The notes under the pieces: generated by a model
What the model was told of the DNA's origin: nothing
The model's input: only the letters and a program-made list of their open reading frames with translations
Databases searched by the model: none
Assembly (NCBI GenBank): GCA_903959905.1
Contig: CAJBYO010000005.1
Span: 20,674 to 84,673, forward strand
Direction: 5' to 3'
DNA: 64,000 nt
From: an uncultured Bacteroidales bacterium
GTDB taxonomy: Bacteria; Bacteroidota; Bacteroidia; Bacteroidales; FEN-979
Translations under genes and position numbers: made by a program
Shown: one piece after another, positions 37,253 to 46,453 of the stretch
Numbering within the stretch: position 1 is the first letter of the stretch
Layout: each line of letters starts with the position of its first letter

Positions 37253-38233
37253 AGGGGCAGATTCCGGAAAGTATTCTGATTTATTTTGAGAGGGAAAGAA
37301 CCTTCCCAGCCTCTGGCCCCTCACCCTGAAAGGGCTTGGGGCAGAGCTGAAGAAGCCATTAGAACCAACCAACGGAAAATTATGAACAGCAGGGATTATC
37401 ACATTCCCTGGTAAAGACAACCTGATTGGATAATCTGCCTGTATATTACAAATTTTGTGCCACCCTTTGGCTGTAAGGCGATACCGTGCTTTGCCTTCCC
37501 TTTTCTTGTCCCTCCGCGTTTTCCAGGGCAGAATGAACTGATACAATTCCTGAAAGCAGTCTGTTGCTTTTATATTGTTGATAAACTGCGAGTTAAAAAA
37601 TTGATAAATAAAAGACTGTCTGCACTAAGCACCGGGAAAAAAAAGGTTGTTGATGATGTGTCGGAAATAATTAACCAGGGAGTGTTTTTTGAACCAGGCA
37701 CGCAACCTCCCCCGAAAATCAGTGGAACAGATAAACCACCGGCATATTTTATGTTCAGAATAGTGAAGCATAAGCCTATGAAAGTAATACGTTTGAATAG
37801 AATGATCGGTTATTGATATGCAAATATTATGCCATAGAAACCGGTCGCCGCCGGCCCGGAGGCATAAGAATTCAAACCTTTTGTATTTGCGGGGGAAACC
37901 GGGAATAAAATTATTGGAGGGGGATTTGTTTCACGCAAATCCTGTTTCTTGTCCCTTATCGCACCGAAAAAATCGCGTAAATACGCGAAAATATTGTGCG
38001 ATATTTTATTTTCCGAGCCATTCCTTAAAATCACCAACCCGCTCCCGGCTGACAATGGCGTTGTCATCTTTTAGCTGTAAGGAGATGACTTTCAGCCTAC
38101 TGTTAAAATATGACCCGGTGTTTTGAATGGCATTGATGTTGATAATGACTGCACTGTATCCCACACTCATGGCCAGGTGCACCATGATCCGCTTCCTGGG
38201 TAATGCGGATATGGTCGTAGGGTGCGAATTTAC

Positions 38234-38710
38234 TCAGGTTTTCAACTTAAATTCAAGGGTTTGATTCCTGAACTCAACATCTGTGAACCCTTTTCCGTTA
38301 CCCAGGGAGGTTGCCAGTTTACAGAGGATTGAATCATGGCGTGAAAAGTAATTCAACTCAAAATACATGGTCTGGTCCCGCTGACCTGCCTTTCCGTCGT
38401 AATCGGGGTGCATGCGGTGGAGTGTTTTAACCGACTTCCACAGGTTGTCATACCTTTTTTGCATGACGCTGAACTGGTAGTCATAGTTGGCGGCCCGTTC
38501 CCATTTTTCATCGGCGTAGCGATATGCGATGCTGGTACCGTTCCATATGATGGTGTAGGTGTCTTCTGCAACCACCTGGGATGTTAACGGAACGATGACC
38601 TTGTTGGAGACGGAACATCCTGACAACCAGAAGAGGGCAATAATGGAGATAAAATAAAGTGACTTTTTCATTGGGATTGGTTTTGATTTATGAATGGAGT
38701 TGTTGGACAT
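38234..38710 (-). CDS. Hypothetical lipoprotein
   Basis: Lipobox (LFWLSGCS). No family recognised. Confidence 0.55.
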   Translation of the reverse strand: MSNNSIHKSKPIPMKKSLYFISIIALFWLSGCSVSNKVIVPLTSQVVAEDTYTIIWNGTSIAYRYADEKWERAANYDYQFSVMQKRYDNLWKSVKTLHRMHPDYDGKAGQRDQTMYFELNYFSRHDSILCKLATSLGNGKGFTDVEFRNQTLEFKLKT

Positions 38711-38739
38711 AATTTTACACTGGCTGCTAAGCCTATTTT

Positions 38740-38840
38740 AACCACTGAGGCACGGAGGGCACTTAGAAACACTGAGAATTTGTTGTATACGGGTTGAGTT
38801 ATTCTTAGTGGTCCTCGGTGCCCTCCGTGCCTCAGTGGTT
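38740..38840. repeat. AACCAC...GTGGTT long hairpin (CACTGAGG/CACGGAGG units)
   Basis: 38740-38762 is perfectly complementary to 38818-38840 (23 bp). Further imperfect pairing continues inward. A T-run follows on the + strand. Confidence 0.75.
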
Positions 38841-38957
38841 TTTTTATTGTGTCCTGCAAAATTGTGGCAATAAAACCGGGTGTGAAACAGGAAAATGGCT
38901 GAACTGTTGAAAATGGCTGTTGAACTGTAATTCAACCCTACGAACCCGGTGGCTTGA

Positions 38958-39353
38958 TCAGTTTTTCTTCAGGATCAGCACCAGCATGAGGAGAGAAAGT
39001 ACGATTGTAACGGGGGTGAAAATGATCTTTTCAAGATGGTTTTCGGAGAGAATATTCCCAAGCGTATTAAATAAGAAGAGGCAAAACATCACCCAGAGGG
39101 ATGAGGTGATAACCCATATCGGAATACGGATTGAAAGGATACCGGATTTCACAAGTACAATAAACGTGAATAAAAGGTTCAGTCCAAGCGAAACAAATTC
39201 GAAGCGGTACATATCTGCATCCGACTGCAACCTGCCGCCCCATACCATGGTATACGGGATCACTTTGATCATGACCAGCAAATGGAAAACAACGGTCAGC
39301 GAAAAGATCAGCAGGATGATCTGTGCCGCCAGTTTTTTTGTCAGGAAACGCAT
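38958..39353 (-). CDS. Hypothetical 4-TM membrane protein
   Basis: Four hydrophobic segments. Sits 22 nt downstream of the NAD(P)H oxidoreductase gene on the same strand. Confidence 0.55.
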   Translation of the reverse strand: MRFLTKKLAAQIILLIFSLTVVFHLLVMIKVIPYTMVWGGRLQSDADMYRFEFVSLGLNLLFTFIVLVKSGILSIRIPIWVITSSLWVMFCLFLFNTLGNILSENHLEKIIFTPVTIVLSLLMLVLILKKN

Positions 39354-39375
39354 GCCTGAATTTTTAAATTGAACA

Positions 39376-39951
39376 CTAACGAGCCTTTCCGGCTTGCTCT
39401 GCCTTGAGCAGCCACTTGTTCCGCATCTCCGGTGTTGATGATTTTACCGGGCCAAAGAACGTCACTTTTACCGGTTTTACCCCACAAAATTCCAGGGTAG
39501 ATTTTTTTAACTGGTTTACACTCGGCTGGCCATACATAAACCGGTAATACCATCCCGGCTGATCCATGGTGGTTAAAATGTGCGCAGTTTTTCCGCTCAG
39601 CAACTTATCCCACCAAACAGAGTTTTCACGGTATTGAAATGCAAAGCCGGGGAGGAAAACCCGGTCGATAAAGCCTTTCGCGATGGCCGGCATTCCGCCC
39701 CACCACACCGGGTGTACCCAAACCAGGTGATCTGCCCATTTTATTTTTTCCCAGGCATCAAGCAGATCAGGCTCCAGTTCTGTCCTTTTCTGATAACCGG
39801 ATTTTAAGTTGGGGTTGAACTGCAGGTCGCTGATGATGATTTCCTTCACCTCCGCACCTGTTTGCAGGGCGCCTTTTTTACAGGCTCCGGCCAGGGCAAA
39901 GTTGAAACTTTCTTTATTCGGATGGCCGTTGATGATCAGTATTTTTTTCAT
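39376..39951 (-). CDS. NAD(P)H-dependent oxidoreductase (Flavodoxin_2 / quinone reductase fold)
   Basis: MKKILIINGHPNKESFN.., ADHLVWVHPVWWGGMPAIAKGFIDRV. Confidence 0.85.
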   Translation of the reverse strand: MKKILIINGHPNKESFNFALAGACKKGALQTGAEVKEIIISDLQFNPNLKSGYQKRTELEPDLLDAWEKIKWADHLVWVHPVWWGGMPAIAKGFIDRVFLPGFAFQYRENSVWWDKLLSGKTAHILTTMDQPGWYYRFMYGQPSVNQLKKSTLEFCGVKPVKVTFFGPVKSSTPEMRNKWLLKAEQAGKAR

Positions 39952-40000
39952 GTCAATCTTTAATCACAAGGTGAAGGATGAAGGAACGGCCGGGAGGCTC

Positions 40001-40207
40001 TTAAAATTGTATTTTGTATATAAAATTAGGATAAAAACCAATCTGGTACAAGGTGTTAATCTTATGGGTGGCCGGGTTGTACTGTTGTGCAAAGATGTTC
40101 TGATGGCCGGTCACATTTTGAACACTCCCATTGATATTGGTATTTTCGGTGCTCCGGTCAATAAAAACAACATGGGAAAACCCTTGCTGCTGCAACGGAT
40201 TAAACAC
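40001..40207 (-). pseudogene. Possible 3' remnant of an outer-membrane beta-barrel protein
   Basis: The short ORF ends ..YQIGFYPNFIYKIQF-stop (alternating aromatic pattern with a terminal Phe, typical of OMP barrels). Upstream frames in 40208-40470 are broken and there is no N-terminus. Confidence 0.25.
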
Positions 40208-40473
40208 ACCAAAAAGGAAAACGAGTTTACCTTCAGGCTGAAATCAAAACCGTACCAGGCTGGTATTGACCCATACAATTATCTGATTGACAGAAACCCT
40301 GAGGCACCTATGAACTGTTTTGCCCGCATTGCGGCCGGTCAGGATTCAATACGAAGGGAGGTTGACAGCATCGGGTTGAAGAAGTATGTTGACAAGAACT
40401 TTGCAAAATATAGCTGGGCCACGAAGCTGCTTTTGTAAAATCACGAAGAGATAATTGGATACCGGAAAGCAGG

Positions 40474-41868
40474 TCAGAGTTTGATTAACTGCATGGTTTC
40501 TGAATACTTGCGGGAGATAATTTTCAGGAAGTACACCCCGGCGCTCAATTCTGAAAAATCAGTGTTCTCAATATGACTGCCTGCCCAGATGGTTTTTCCG
40601 GTCAGATCAGCAAGCATAAACTGCTCATCACTTCCAAGGTTTTTCGGGTTGATATGGCTGGTAAATGGATTAGGATAGACCTGGAAATGATTTTTCACCA
40701 GGTCCGGTTGCTCATCAACTCCCGTGATCATGCCTTGCCCAAACCCGGTTTCACACTGGTGCAACCTGAAAACAGGTTCATTGCTGTAGGGTCCGATAAC
40801 TTCTGTATAAAACACAAGCAGCTTTTCATTTGTACCCAGTGTTTCCGGATCAGTCCGGATTCCAATGGCTGTGTCAGATACCATCCTGAACACCGGTTGC
40901 AGGCTGTCGACCTTCACAACCCAGATCTGTGCAGGCTGATAGGATGTTTCAGCGGGAGAGGAGGATACCATGAATGAAATGTAGGATTGACCCTGGTAAA
41001 CGACAGGCTCCGGAGAGGCAAATGTCTGGTAGTTGGCGTCAGGTGATGGGCTCTTAAAAGTGAGGTAAAGCCCGAAATTGTTGCTGTTGGGAACAGTTTC
41101 CTTATATACGTTGATGGTATCATAGCCAGCCCGCGCAAAGAACATCCTTGCATTTCCATGTTCCGGCGCGCGCCACATATATGGCTGGGAGAAGTGCACA
41201 GCAGTATCATTGGTTAACTGAACAGGTGTTGCGGGATGCACAGGGTCAAATATTCCAACCTGGTGATTGATTAATATTCCTGTCAGCAGCTGGTCCTCGT
41301 CAAACCAATGTGTATCTTTAAAACAGGTTACGGAATGTTCTACATCCGGGTGATCAAGAAACTTGAATTTTGTATTCACACTGAACGGGCTCCGGATATA
41401 GAAGATGGCCGCAACGCTGTCGGAAGGATTACGGGATGCATGCGGATTCATCCGGTGTGGGGAGTCAGTAAGCGTGAGGAGTGTCCATGTCTGACCCGTT
41501 TCATTGGCAACCGCTACAAATCTCTTTCTGTTGATCTCCTTATTGTAAACGAGGAAGGTGTGGCTCTGGTCAAAACCCCATTCACCACCGTTGTGGGAGT
41601 TTTTTAAAGGAACGAGCAAAGAGTCAATCAAGGACTCTTTGCCGTCAGGGACAGTGAGCCCCCACGTAACCGTATCCAGGTTACAGACCCATAATTTATC
41701 ATCAGTGATGGATTGCCAGCAAATTCTTTTATGGTAAGGATCTATTTCAATGTCGCCAATCTGCGCATCCGGTGAACTGACAAGGGTATCATGGATCACA
41801 AACGATTGTGAGACGACCCTGCCAACAACACAAACAAAAAGTACCACCAGCAAATACTTTCCCTTCAT
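40474..41868 (-). CDS. T9SS C-terminal-domain secreted protein (function unknown)
   Basis: Signal peptide. C-terminal FQVYPNPFTSH...GVYFLKIISRKYSETMQLIKL. Confidence 0.7.
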   Translation of the reverse strand: MKGKYLLVVLFVCVVGRVVSQSFVIHDTLVSSPDAQIGDIEIDPYHKRICWQSITDDKLWVCNLDTVTWGLTVPDGKESLIDSLLVPLKNSHNGGEWGFDQSHTFLVYNKEINRKRFVAVANETGQTWTLLTLTDSPHRMNPHASRNPSDSVAAIFYIRSPFSVNTKFKFLDHPDVEHSVTCFKDTHWFDEDQLLTGILINHQVGIFDPVHPATPVQLTNDTAVHFSQPYMWRAPEHGNARMFFARAGYDTINVYKETVPNSNNFGLYLTFKSPSPDANYQTFASPEPVVYQGQSYISFMVSSSPAETSYQPAQIWVVKVDSLQPVFRMVSDTAIGIRTDPETLGTNEKLLVFYTEVIGPYSNEPVFRLHQCETGFGQGMITGVDEQPDLVKNHFQVYPNPFTSHINPKNLGSDEQFMLADLTGKTIWAGSHIENTDFSELSAGVYFLKIISRKYSETMQLIKL

Positions 41869-42063
41869 TCTGAAATTTTTATCATCCCTACCTTAAAAAG
41901 CCGGTAATACCAAATCTGAATTTCAGAAACAAAGATTCAGCAAAGCGATTTACTTTACAGACAGGACTTTAACATATATGGGTGTTTAAATAGCGCAACT
42001 ATCAAACAGGCAAAGATAAAAAAATATTCTTATTTGGGTACGGCTATACCAAAAATGTGCAGG

Positions 42064-42137
42064 CAGGCCAGACCTTCCGGTTTTCATTTCCCAGGTAGCA
42101 GGCCAGACCTTCCAGGTTTTTAAAACCTGGAAGGTCT
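42064..42137. repeat. 21-22-nt direct repeat, the second copy extended into a perfect 33-nt palindrome
   Basis: caggccagaccttccggtttt at 42064-42084 and caggccagaccttccaggtttt at 42099-42120. Palindrome agaccttccaggtttt-t-aaaacctggaaggtct at 42105-42137. Confidence 0.7.
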
Positions 42138-42219
42138 TATTCCCCCTGTCCTTGCTATAAGAATAGAAATATGTTTATGTTAACGCGAAAATTTATCGGT
42201 ATCTTAATCCGATCAAACA

Positions 42220-43086
42220 ATGGCGAAGCTGAAAAAAAGTAAAATCAGCATCATCGTTTTAATTCTCTCAATTATGGCTATGGTAACTTCATTTTTCCAT
42301 TCCTTAAAGGATGATTTCATTGAAAAAGTTGAAACTGAGTTTGTAAAGAAACCGCTTCAGCAGGAGGAAAACCTGACCATGGTAGACATAGAACACCTGC
42401 CGCGGAATGTGCAGAAGTACATTGTTCTGACAGGAGCTGTGGGGAAACCGAAAATTCAGAACCTGCGGCTGGAGTTTGATGCAGAGATGTTCAGCAAACC
42501 GGGCGCAAAGCCGATGATTTCCGATGTGGTGCAGTATAGCTTCTTCGGGTCATACAGCCGGGTATTCTTCCTCAAAACAAGCATGTTCATGATCCCGACA
42601 CAAGTACTGCATGCCTACATTGGCAGCAGTGCTTCCATGGTTGTGCGCATTGCGTCACTTTTCAGCATCGTTCATCTTTCCGGGCCTGAATTGACATCCA
42701 CCGAAACCGTCACCGTGCTGAATGACCTGTGCGTATTTGCGCCCTCTGCCATGACAGACAGGAGGCTGACCTGGCGGGAAATAGATTCACTGCGAACGGA
42801 GGTTACTTTCCTTAACAACCAGTTTACAGTGAAAGCATTGCTGATTTTTAATGAAAGGGGGGAGCTGGTGGATTTTGAGTCGGACGACAGGCCGGATGTA
42901 ACCGGTAAGCCGGGAAGGCAGAGGGTAAAATGGTCAACGCCACTGCGTGATTATAAAGAAACAGGAGGGATGTTTCTGACCAGTGTCGGAGAAGCTGTTT
43001 ATCACCTTCCGGAAGGGAATTTTTCCTACGGAACCTTCAGGCTCAGGAAAATTGAATTCAACCTTAAGGAATTCAGAGACAAGTAG
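42220..43086 (+). CDS. Hypothetical membrane-anchored protein
   Basis: N-terminal TM segment (ISIIVLILSIMAMVTSFF) and coding-like composition. No family recognised with confidence. Confidence 0.6.
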   Translation: MAKLKKSKISIIVLILSIMAMVTSFFHSLKDDFIEKVETEFVKKPLQQEENLTMVDIEHLPRNVQKYIVLTGAVGKPKIQNLRLEFDAEMFSKPGAKPMISDVVQYSFFGSYSRVFFLKTSMFMIPTQVLHAYIGSSASMVVRIASLFSIVHLSGPELTSTETVTVLNDLCVFAPSAMTDRRLTWREIDSLRTEVTFLNNQFTVKALLIFNERGELVDFESDDRPDVTGKPGRQRVKWSTPLRDYKETGGMFLTSVGEAVYHLPEGNFSYGTFRLRKIEFNLKEFRDK

Positions 43087-43167
43087 CCCTGGTCTTTGTC
43101 ATTATGCGAATATCAGGCGGGGGGGATTTTGCGCACCAAAGTTGTAAAGTGGGGCCCGGGATGTGTT

Positions 43168-44295
43168 TTACACCTGTTCCCAGAAAGTATCTGCATCCGT
43201 GGCATCGAATAATTCATTTATCCAAAACACAGTGTAGAGCTCGTCGTTTCCGGTGTTGGTGATGTTGTGGGTGTACCAGGTTGGCATGTCAATGAAGGAG
43301 GGCTCTGTTCCGGAGAGGTGGAATTCAAGGACCTCACCTGTGCCGATCCTGCGGAGCTGGATGCGGGCCTGGCCTTTGATTACCGAAAAGCGTTCAATTT
43401 TGCGGGTGTGGAAATGGTTGCCACGGGTGAAACCGGGATTGGTGGTTGAAAAGCTGACCTGTCCGCCGGTGTTCAGCCGGATGAGTTCCACAAACGAGCC
43501 GCGGTTGTCGGCATGCTGCACGTATTTCACCGGGTTGTGTTTGCGGATGTCCGTATAACTCCGGAAGGTATTGAAGAGGTTCATTTCAAAGGTGTTACGG
43601 AGGGGTGGGATGGTTCCTTTTTCAAGGTAAACGGTTTTCCAGTCAAGCAGGATCTCAAGCAGTCCGGAAACGCTGATGGTGGCGGTGTGATCCACCCGAA
43701 TTTCGGAAATGATCTCTTTATCCCTGTAATTCCTGATCCGTTGGATAAACTGTTGCACCAGTTCGCCCACGTGGATCAGTTTGAGCTCTGCGTCCACTTC
43801 AATCTTCGGGGTTTCTCCATGGTTGAGCTGGTGGGAGAATGTTGCAATAACGGAATTGTAAAACGGGTTGCCGAAGGGGCCGAATACGTTGGGGATCACC
43901 ATTCCTGAGAAGCCGCCGCCATTGGCTTCAGCCCATTGGGAGAGGAGGATGCGCCCTTCTTTCTTGGATCTGCCATAGGGATTGTCCCGTTCTTCCTGGG
44001 TGGAGGAGGAGAAGAGGATGTGTGGCTTGCTATGTGTGGCTTCCAGGGCCCGGATCAGGTCGGTTACCAGCTGAATGTTGGTTTCGTAAATAACAGCGGG
44101 ATCAGCATGCCTGTTAACGGCGGCAAGATGAACAATGACATCACAGGAGGCGACGAATTTTTCAAGCTGATCGGGATTTTCAAAAAAGGCATCTTCAAAG
44201 GGGAGGACCAGGAATTCCTCCCTGTACAGGGAGATGGTGTTGCATAGATGACTGCCGATGAACCCGGATTGGCCGGTGATTCCGATTTTGAGCAT
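43168..44295 (-). CDS. fnlB: CapF/FnlB-like bifunctional SDR reductase plus C-terminal cupin (UDP-L-FucNAc / L-PneNAc pathway, step 2)
   Basis: N-terminal ITGQSGFIGSHL Rossmann fold. C-terminal cupin RG.HFH....E.F.V..G. The domain order matches S. aureus CapF. Confidence 0.85.
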   Translation of the reverse strand: MLKIGITGQSGFIGSHLCNTISLYREEFLVLPFEDAFFENPDQLEKFVASCDVIVHLAAVNRHADPAVIYETNIQLVTDLIRALEATHSKPHILFSSSTQEERDNPYGRSKKEGRILLSQWAEANGGGFSGMVIPNVFGPFGNPFYNSVIATFSHQLNHGETPKIEVDAELKLIHVGELVQQFIQRIRNYRDKEIISEIRVDHTATISVSGLLEILLDWKTVYLEKGTIPPLRNTFEMNLFNTFRSYTDIRKHNPVKYVQHADNRGSFVELIRLNTGGQVSFSTTNPGFTRGNHFHTRKIERFSVIKGQARIQLRRIGTGEVLEFHLSGTEPSFIDMPTWYTHNITNTGNDELYTVFWINELFDATDADTFWEQV

Positions 44296-44307
44296 GGTTA
44301 TAGGGTA

Positions 44308-45001
44308 GGTTAATGGAACACAGGTGACGCTGATGTGGCAGATTTACACTGTTTTGGGGGACCGAAGAAAGTTGACTGGGATAGATCTGAACTGTGATTT
44401 AGTTAAATATGTTACCATTATCAGCAAATAGACAGAAATCACTTATGGGTGAATATTTTGCGGCGGATTTCGGGTTCTTTGCCGAAATTAAGGAGTAAAC
44501 CGATTTCAAAATCAGTTGCCTTTAGGTAATTAATCAGTTGAGCTTCATGTTCGGGTCGCAATGATTCTGCTGCTTTGATTTCAACAATGATTTTGTCTTC
44601 AACAGTCAGGTCGGCGTAATAATCCCCAACGACCTGGTTGGCATAATAGACTGAAATTGGTTTCTGTTTTTCAACTTTGAAGCCAAAATTTTCAAGTTCT
44701 ATTCTCAGAGAATTTTCATATACCTTTTCGAGGAATCCATAACCAAGTTTATTGTATACAGTGTAAAAGCACCTGATTATTTCTGAGGATAGATCCTGAT
44801 GCAGGTATTCCATGGTTTAATCAGCTAAAAATTGAAAGTGATGATTAATATAAATGGAAGGAATTAGGATTAATGGAACACAGATGACGCTGGTGATACA
44901 GATTTTCACTGATTTATTTCTTGGTTGACAGGTAGAATAACTATTTTTAGATCTTCACGAACCAAACAGTGTCATCAGTTCAATCAGTGTCATCTGTGTT
45001 C
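44308..45001. mobile_element. Repeat-bounded cassette carrying the GxxExxY ORF
   Basis: A ~44-nt direct repeat (44308-44351 and 44868-44911). Arm gaacacaggtgacgctg at 44316-44332 and gaacacagatgacgctg at 44876-44892 are both complementary to cagtgtcatctgtgttc at 44985-45001. Confidence 0.5.
44439..44813 (-). CDS. GxxExxY protein (PD-(D/E)XK-like, PDDEXK_3 family)
   Basis: LGYGFLEKVYENSL (GxxExxY motif), ADLTVEDKIIVEIKA, EAQLINYLKAT. Confidence 0.85.
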   Translation of the reverse strand: MEYLHQDLSSEIIRCFYTVYNKLGYGFLEKVYENSLRIELENFGFKVEKQKPISVYYANQVVGDYYADLTVEDKIIVEIKAAESLRPEHEAQLINYLKATDFEIGLLLNFGKEPEIRRKIFTHK

Positions 45002-45003
45002 TA

Positions 45004-46020
45004 TTACATCGCAATATCTGATCGGATGCTCTCAAGTTCTAACAACAGTTCCATCGTTTGTTCAACATCAAGCTGCCTTGTATTATGCGAAGTATAATCA
45101 TCTGAACCAGCAACCTTCTGCTCTCCTTCTGTAAAAAACTTGTTGTAATTCAAATCGCGGTTATCTGCCGGGATGCGGAAGTAGGCGTCCATGTCGATGG
45201 CTTTCACCATCTCTTCCCGGTTTACCAGGGTCTCATAGAGTTTTTCGCCATGGCGTGTACCGATTATACTGACGGGATTGGAGGCCTTGTACAGCCCGAG
45301 AAGTGCCCGGGCAAGCACATCAATGGTGGCGGCGGGTGCCTTCTGAACAAAGATATCCCCGTTCGAACCGTGCTCAAAGGCAAACAGCACCAGGTCGACG
45401 GCGCTTTCAAGGGTCATCATGAACCGGGTCATGTTCGGGTCGGTGAGGGTGAGGGGCTGGCCGCTTTTGATCTGGTCAATGAGTAGCGGGATCACCGAGC
45501 CACGGGAGGCCATCACGTTGCCATACCTGGTACCGCAGAAAACAGTACCGCTCCCGTTGAGGTTGCGTGAGCGGGCCACCATCACCTTTTCACTCAGGGC
45601 CTTCGACAATCCCATGGCATTAATCGGATAGACCGCCTTATCTGTGCTTAAAACAACGACGTTTTTCACCCCGTTCTCCAGGGCACTGTCAAGTACGTTC
45701 TCGCAACCCATCACGTTGGTTCTCACGGCTTCCATGGGGAAAAACTCGCAGGAAGGGACCTGCTTCAGGGCAGCGGCATGAAACACATAGTCAACACCGC
45801 GCAGGGCATTGTCAAGGCTGCGTTTGTCGCGTACGTCGCCAATATAATACTTGATCTTGTCATTCCGGTAATGCTGGCGCATGTCATCCTGCTTCTTTTC
45901 ATCCCGGCTGAAAATCCGGATCTCCCTGAAAAGGTCGGTGTGCAAAAAACGGGCAAGGGTGGCGTTGCCGAATGAACCGGTGCCGCCGGTTATTAAAAGA
46001 ATATCGTTGGGGGTGATCAT
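45004..46020 (-). CDS. fnlA: CapE/FnlA-like UDP-N-acetylglucosamine 4,6-dehydratase/5-epimerase
   Basis: ILLITGGTGSFGNA, IRIFSRDEKKQDDMR, YIGDVRD, VDYVFHAAALKQVPSCEFFP, GTRYGNVMASRGSVIPL. Nearly collinear with S. aureus CapE as I remember it. Confidence 0.9.
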   Translation of the reverse strand: MITPNDILLITGGTGSFGNATLARFLHTDLFREIRIFSRDEKKQDDMRQHYRNDKIKYYIGDVRDKRSLDNALRGVDYVFHAAALKQVPSCEFFPMEAVRTNVMGCENVLDSALENGVKNVVVLSTDKAVYPINAMGLSKALSEKVMVARSRNLNGSGTVFCGTRYGNVMASRGSVIPLLIDQIKSGQPLTLTDPNMTRFMMTLESAVDLVLFAFEHGSNGDIFVQKAPAATIDVLARALLGLYKASNPVSIIGTRHGEKLYETLVNREEMVKAIDMDAYFRIPADNRDLNYNKFFTEGEQKVAGSDDYTSHNTRQLDVEQTMELLLELESIRSDIAM

Positions 46021-46026
46021 TGGGTT

Positions 46027-46453
46027 CTTAGATTTAAGTTTTAAGTATTAAGTTTTAAGGTTTGGCGATTTGGGTTTTAGGGAGTTTATTAAGCCCTGGA
46101 GCATGGCGGAGATTTCTTTGGTTTCGGTGATTAATGGCCTGGTTATTTAGGAGGGTAGAATCCCGATTTTTTCTGCTAAATAGATTTGTGTTCGCCGCTC
46201 GGCTGCTGATCCTTTGGCTATATGTAAAAAACGCACATATTCTTTGGTTGTATCTCTTTCTGCACCTTCTGCTATGTTTGAAGGAATCGATATGGATAAC
46301 CTTGTCATCTGGTCCCTCAGCCCAAATTCCTTACAATCTTTTAAAACAGTATAAACTTCAACCGCAAGTTTGCAGGACCGCTTCCAAACTTCAAGATCTT
46401 CAAACGAACGATAAGCCATGCACTTAAAACTTAAAACTTAATACTTAAAACTG
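46027..46453. mobile_element. Hairpin-bounded cassette carrying the four-helix-bundle ORF
   Basis: 46037-46059 (agttttaagtattaagttttaag) is perfectly complementary to 46430-46452. The arms are built of TTAAGTTT-type octamers. The cassette fills the tviC-stop to fnlA-start junction. Confidence 0.55.
46147..46419 (-). CDS. Four-helix-bundle protein (23S rRNA intervening-sequence protein family, PF05635-like)
   Basis: MAYRSFEDLEVWKRS..LAVEVY.......F.LRDQM.R...SIPSNIAEG..R....E...FL.IA.GS..E. Confidence 0.85.
   Translation of the reverse strand: MAYRSFEDLEVWKRSCKLAVEVYTVLKDCKEFGLRDQMTRLSISIPSNIAEGAERDTTKEYVRFLHIAKGSAAERRTQIYLAEKIGILPS

Noticed and set aside
37238-38126. ORFs 37238..37546(-), 37457..37816(+), 37810..38067(-) and 37818..38126(+), considered as genes. 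I also considered whether ..ILPWKTRRDKKREGKARY.. could be a transposase fragment.
   Set aside because: They overlap one another, show no family motif I can name, and have odd composition. The transposase idea rests on a vague basic patch only.
38006-38185. 59-aa minus-strand ORF, considered as a small gene or toxin-antitoxin component.
   Set aside because: No partner ORF, no recognisable motif, and it sits in a region that looks decayed. It is mentioned only within the gene-poor-region finding.
39809-40438. 209-aa + strand ORF.
   Set aside because: Its 5' part is antisense to the NAD(P)H oxidoreductase gene, and the rest crosses the putative OMP remnant. No motifs are present.
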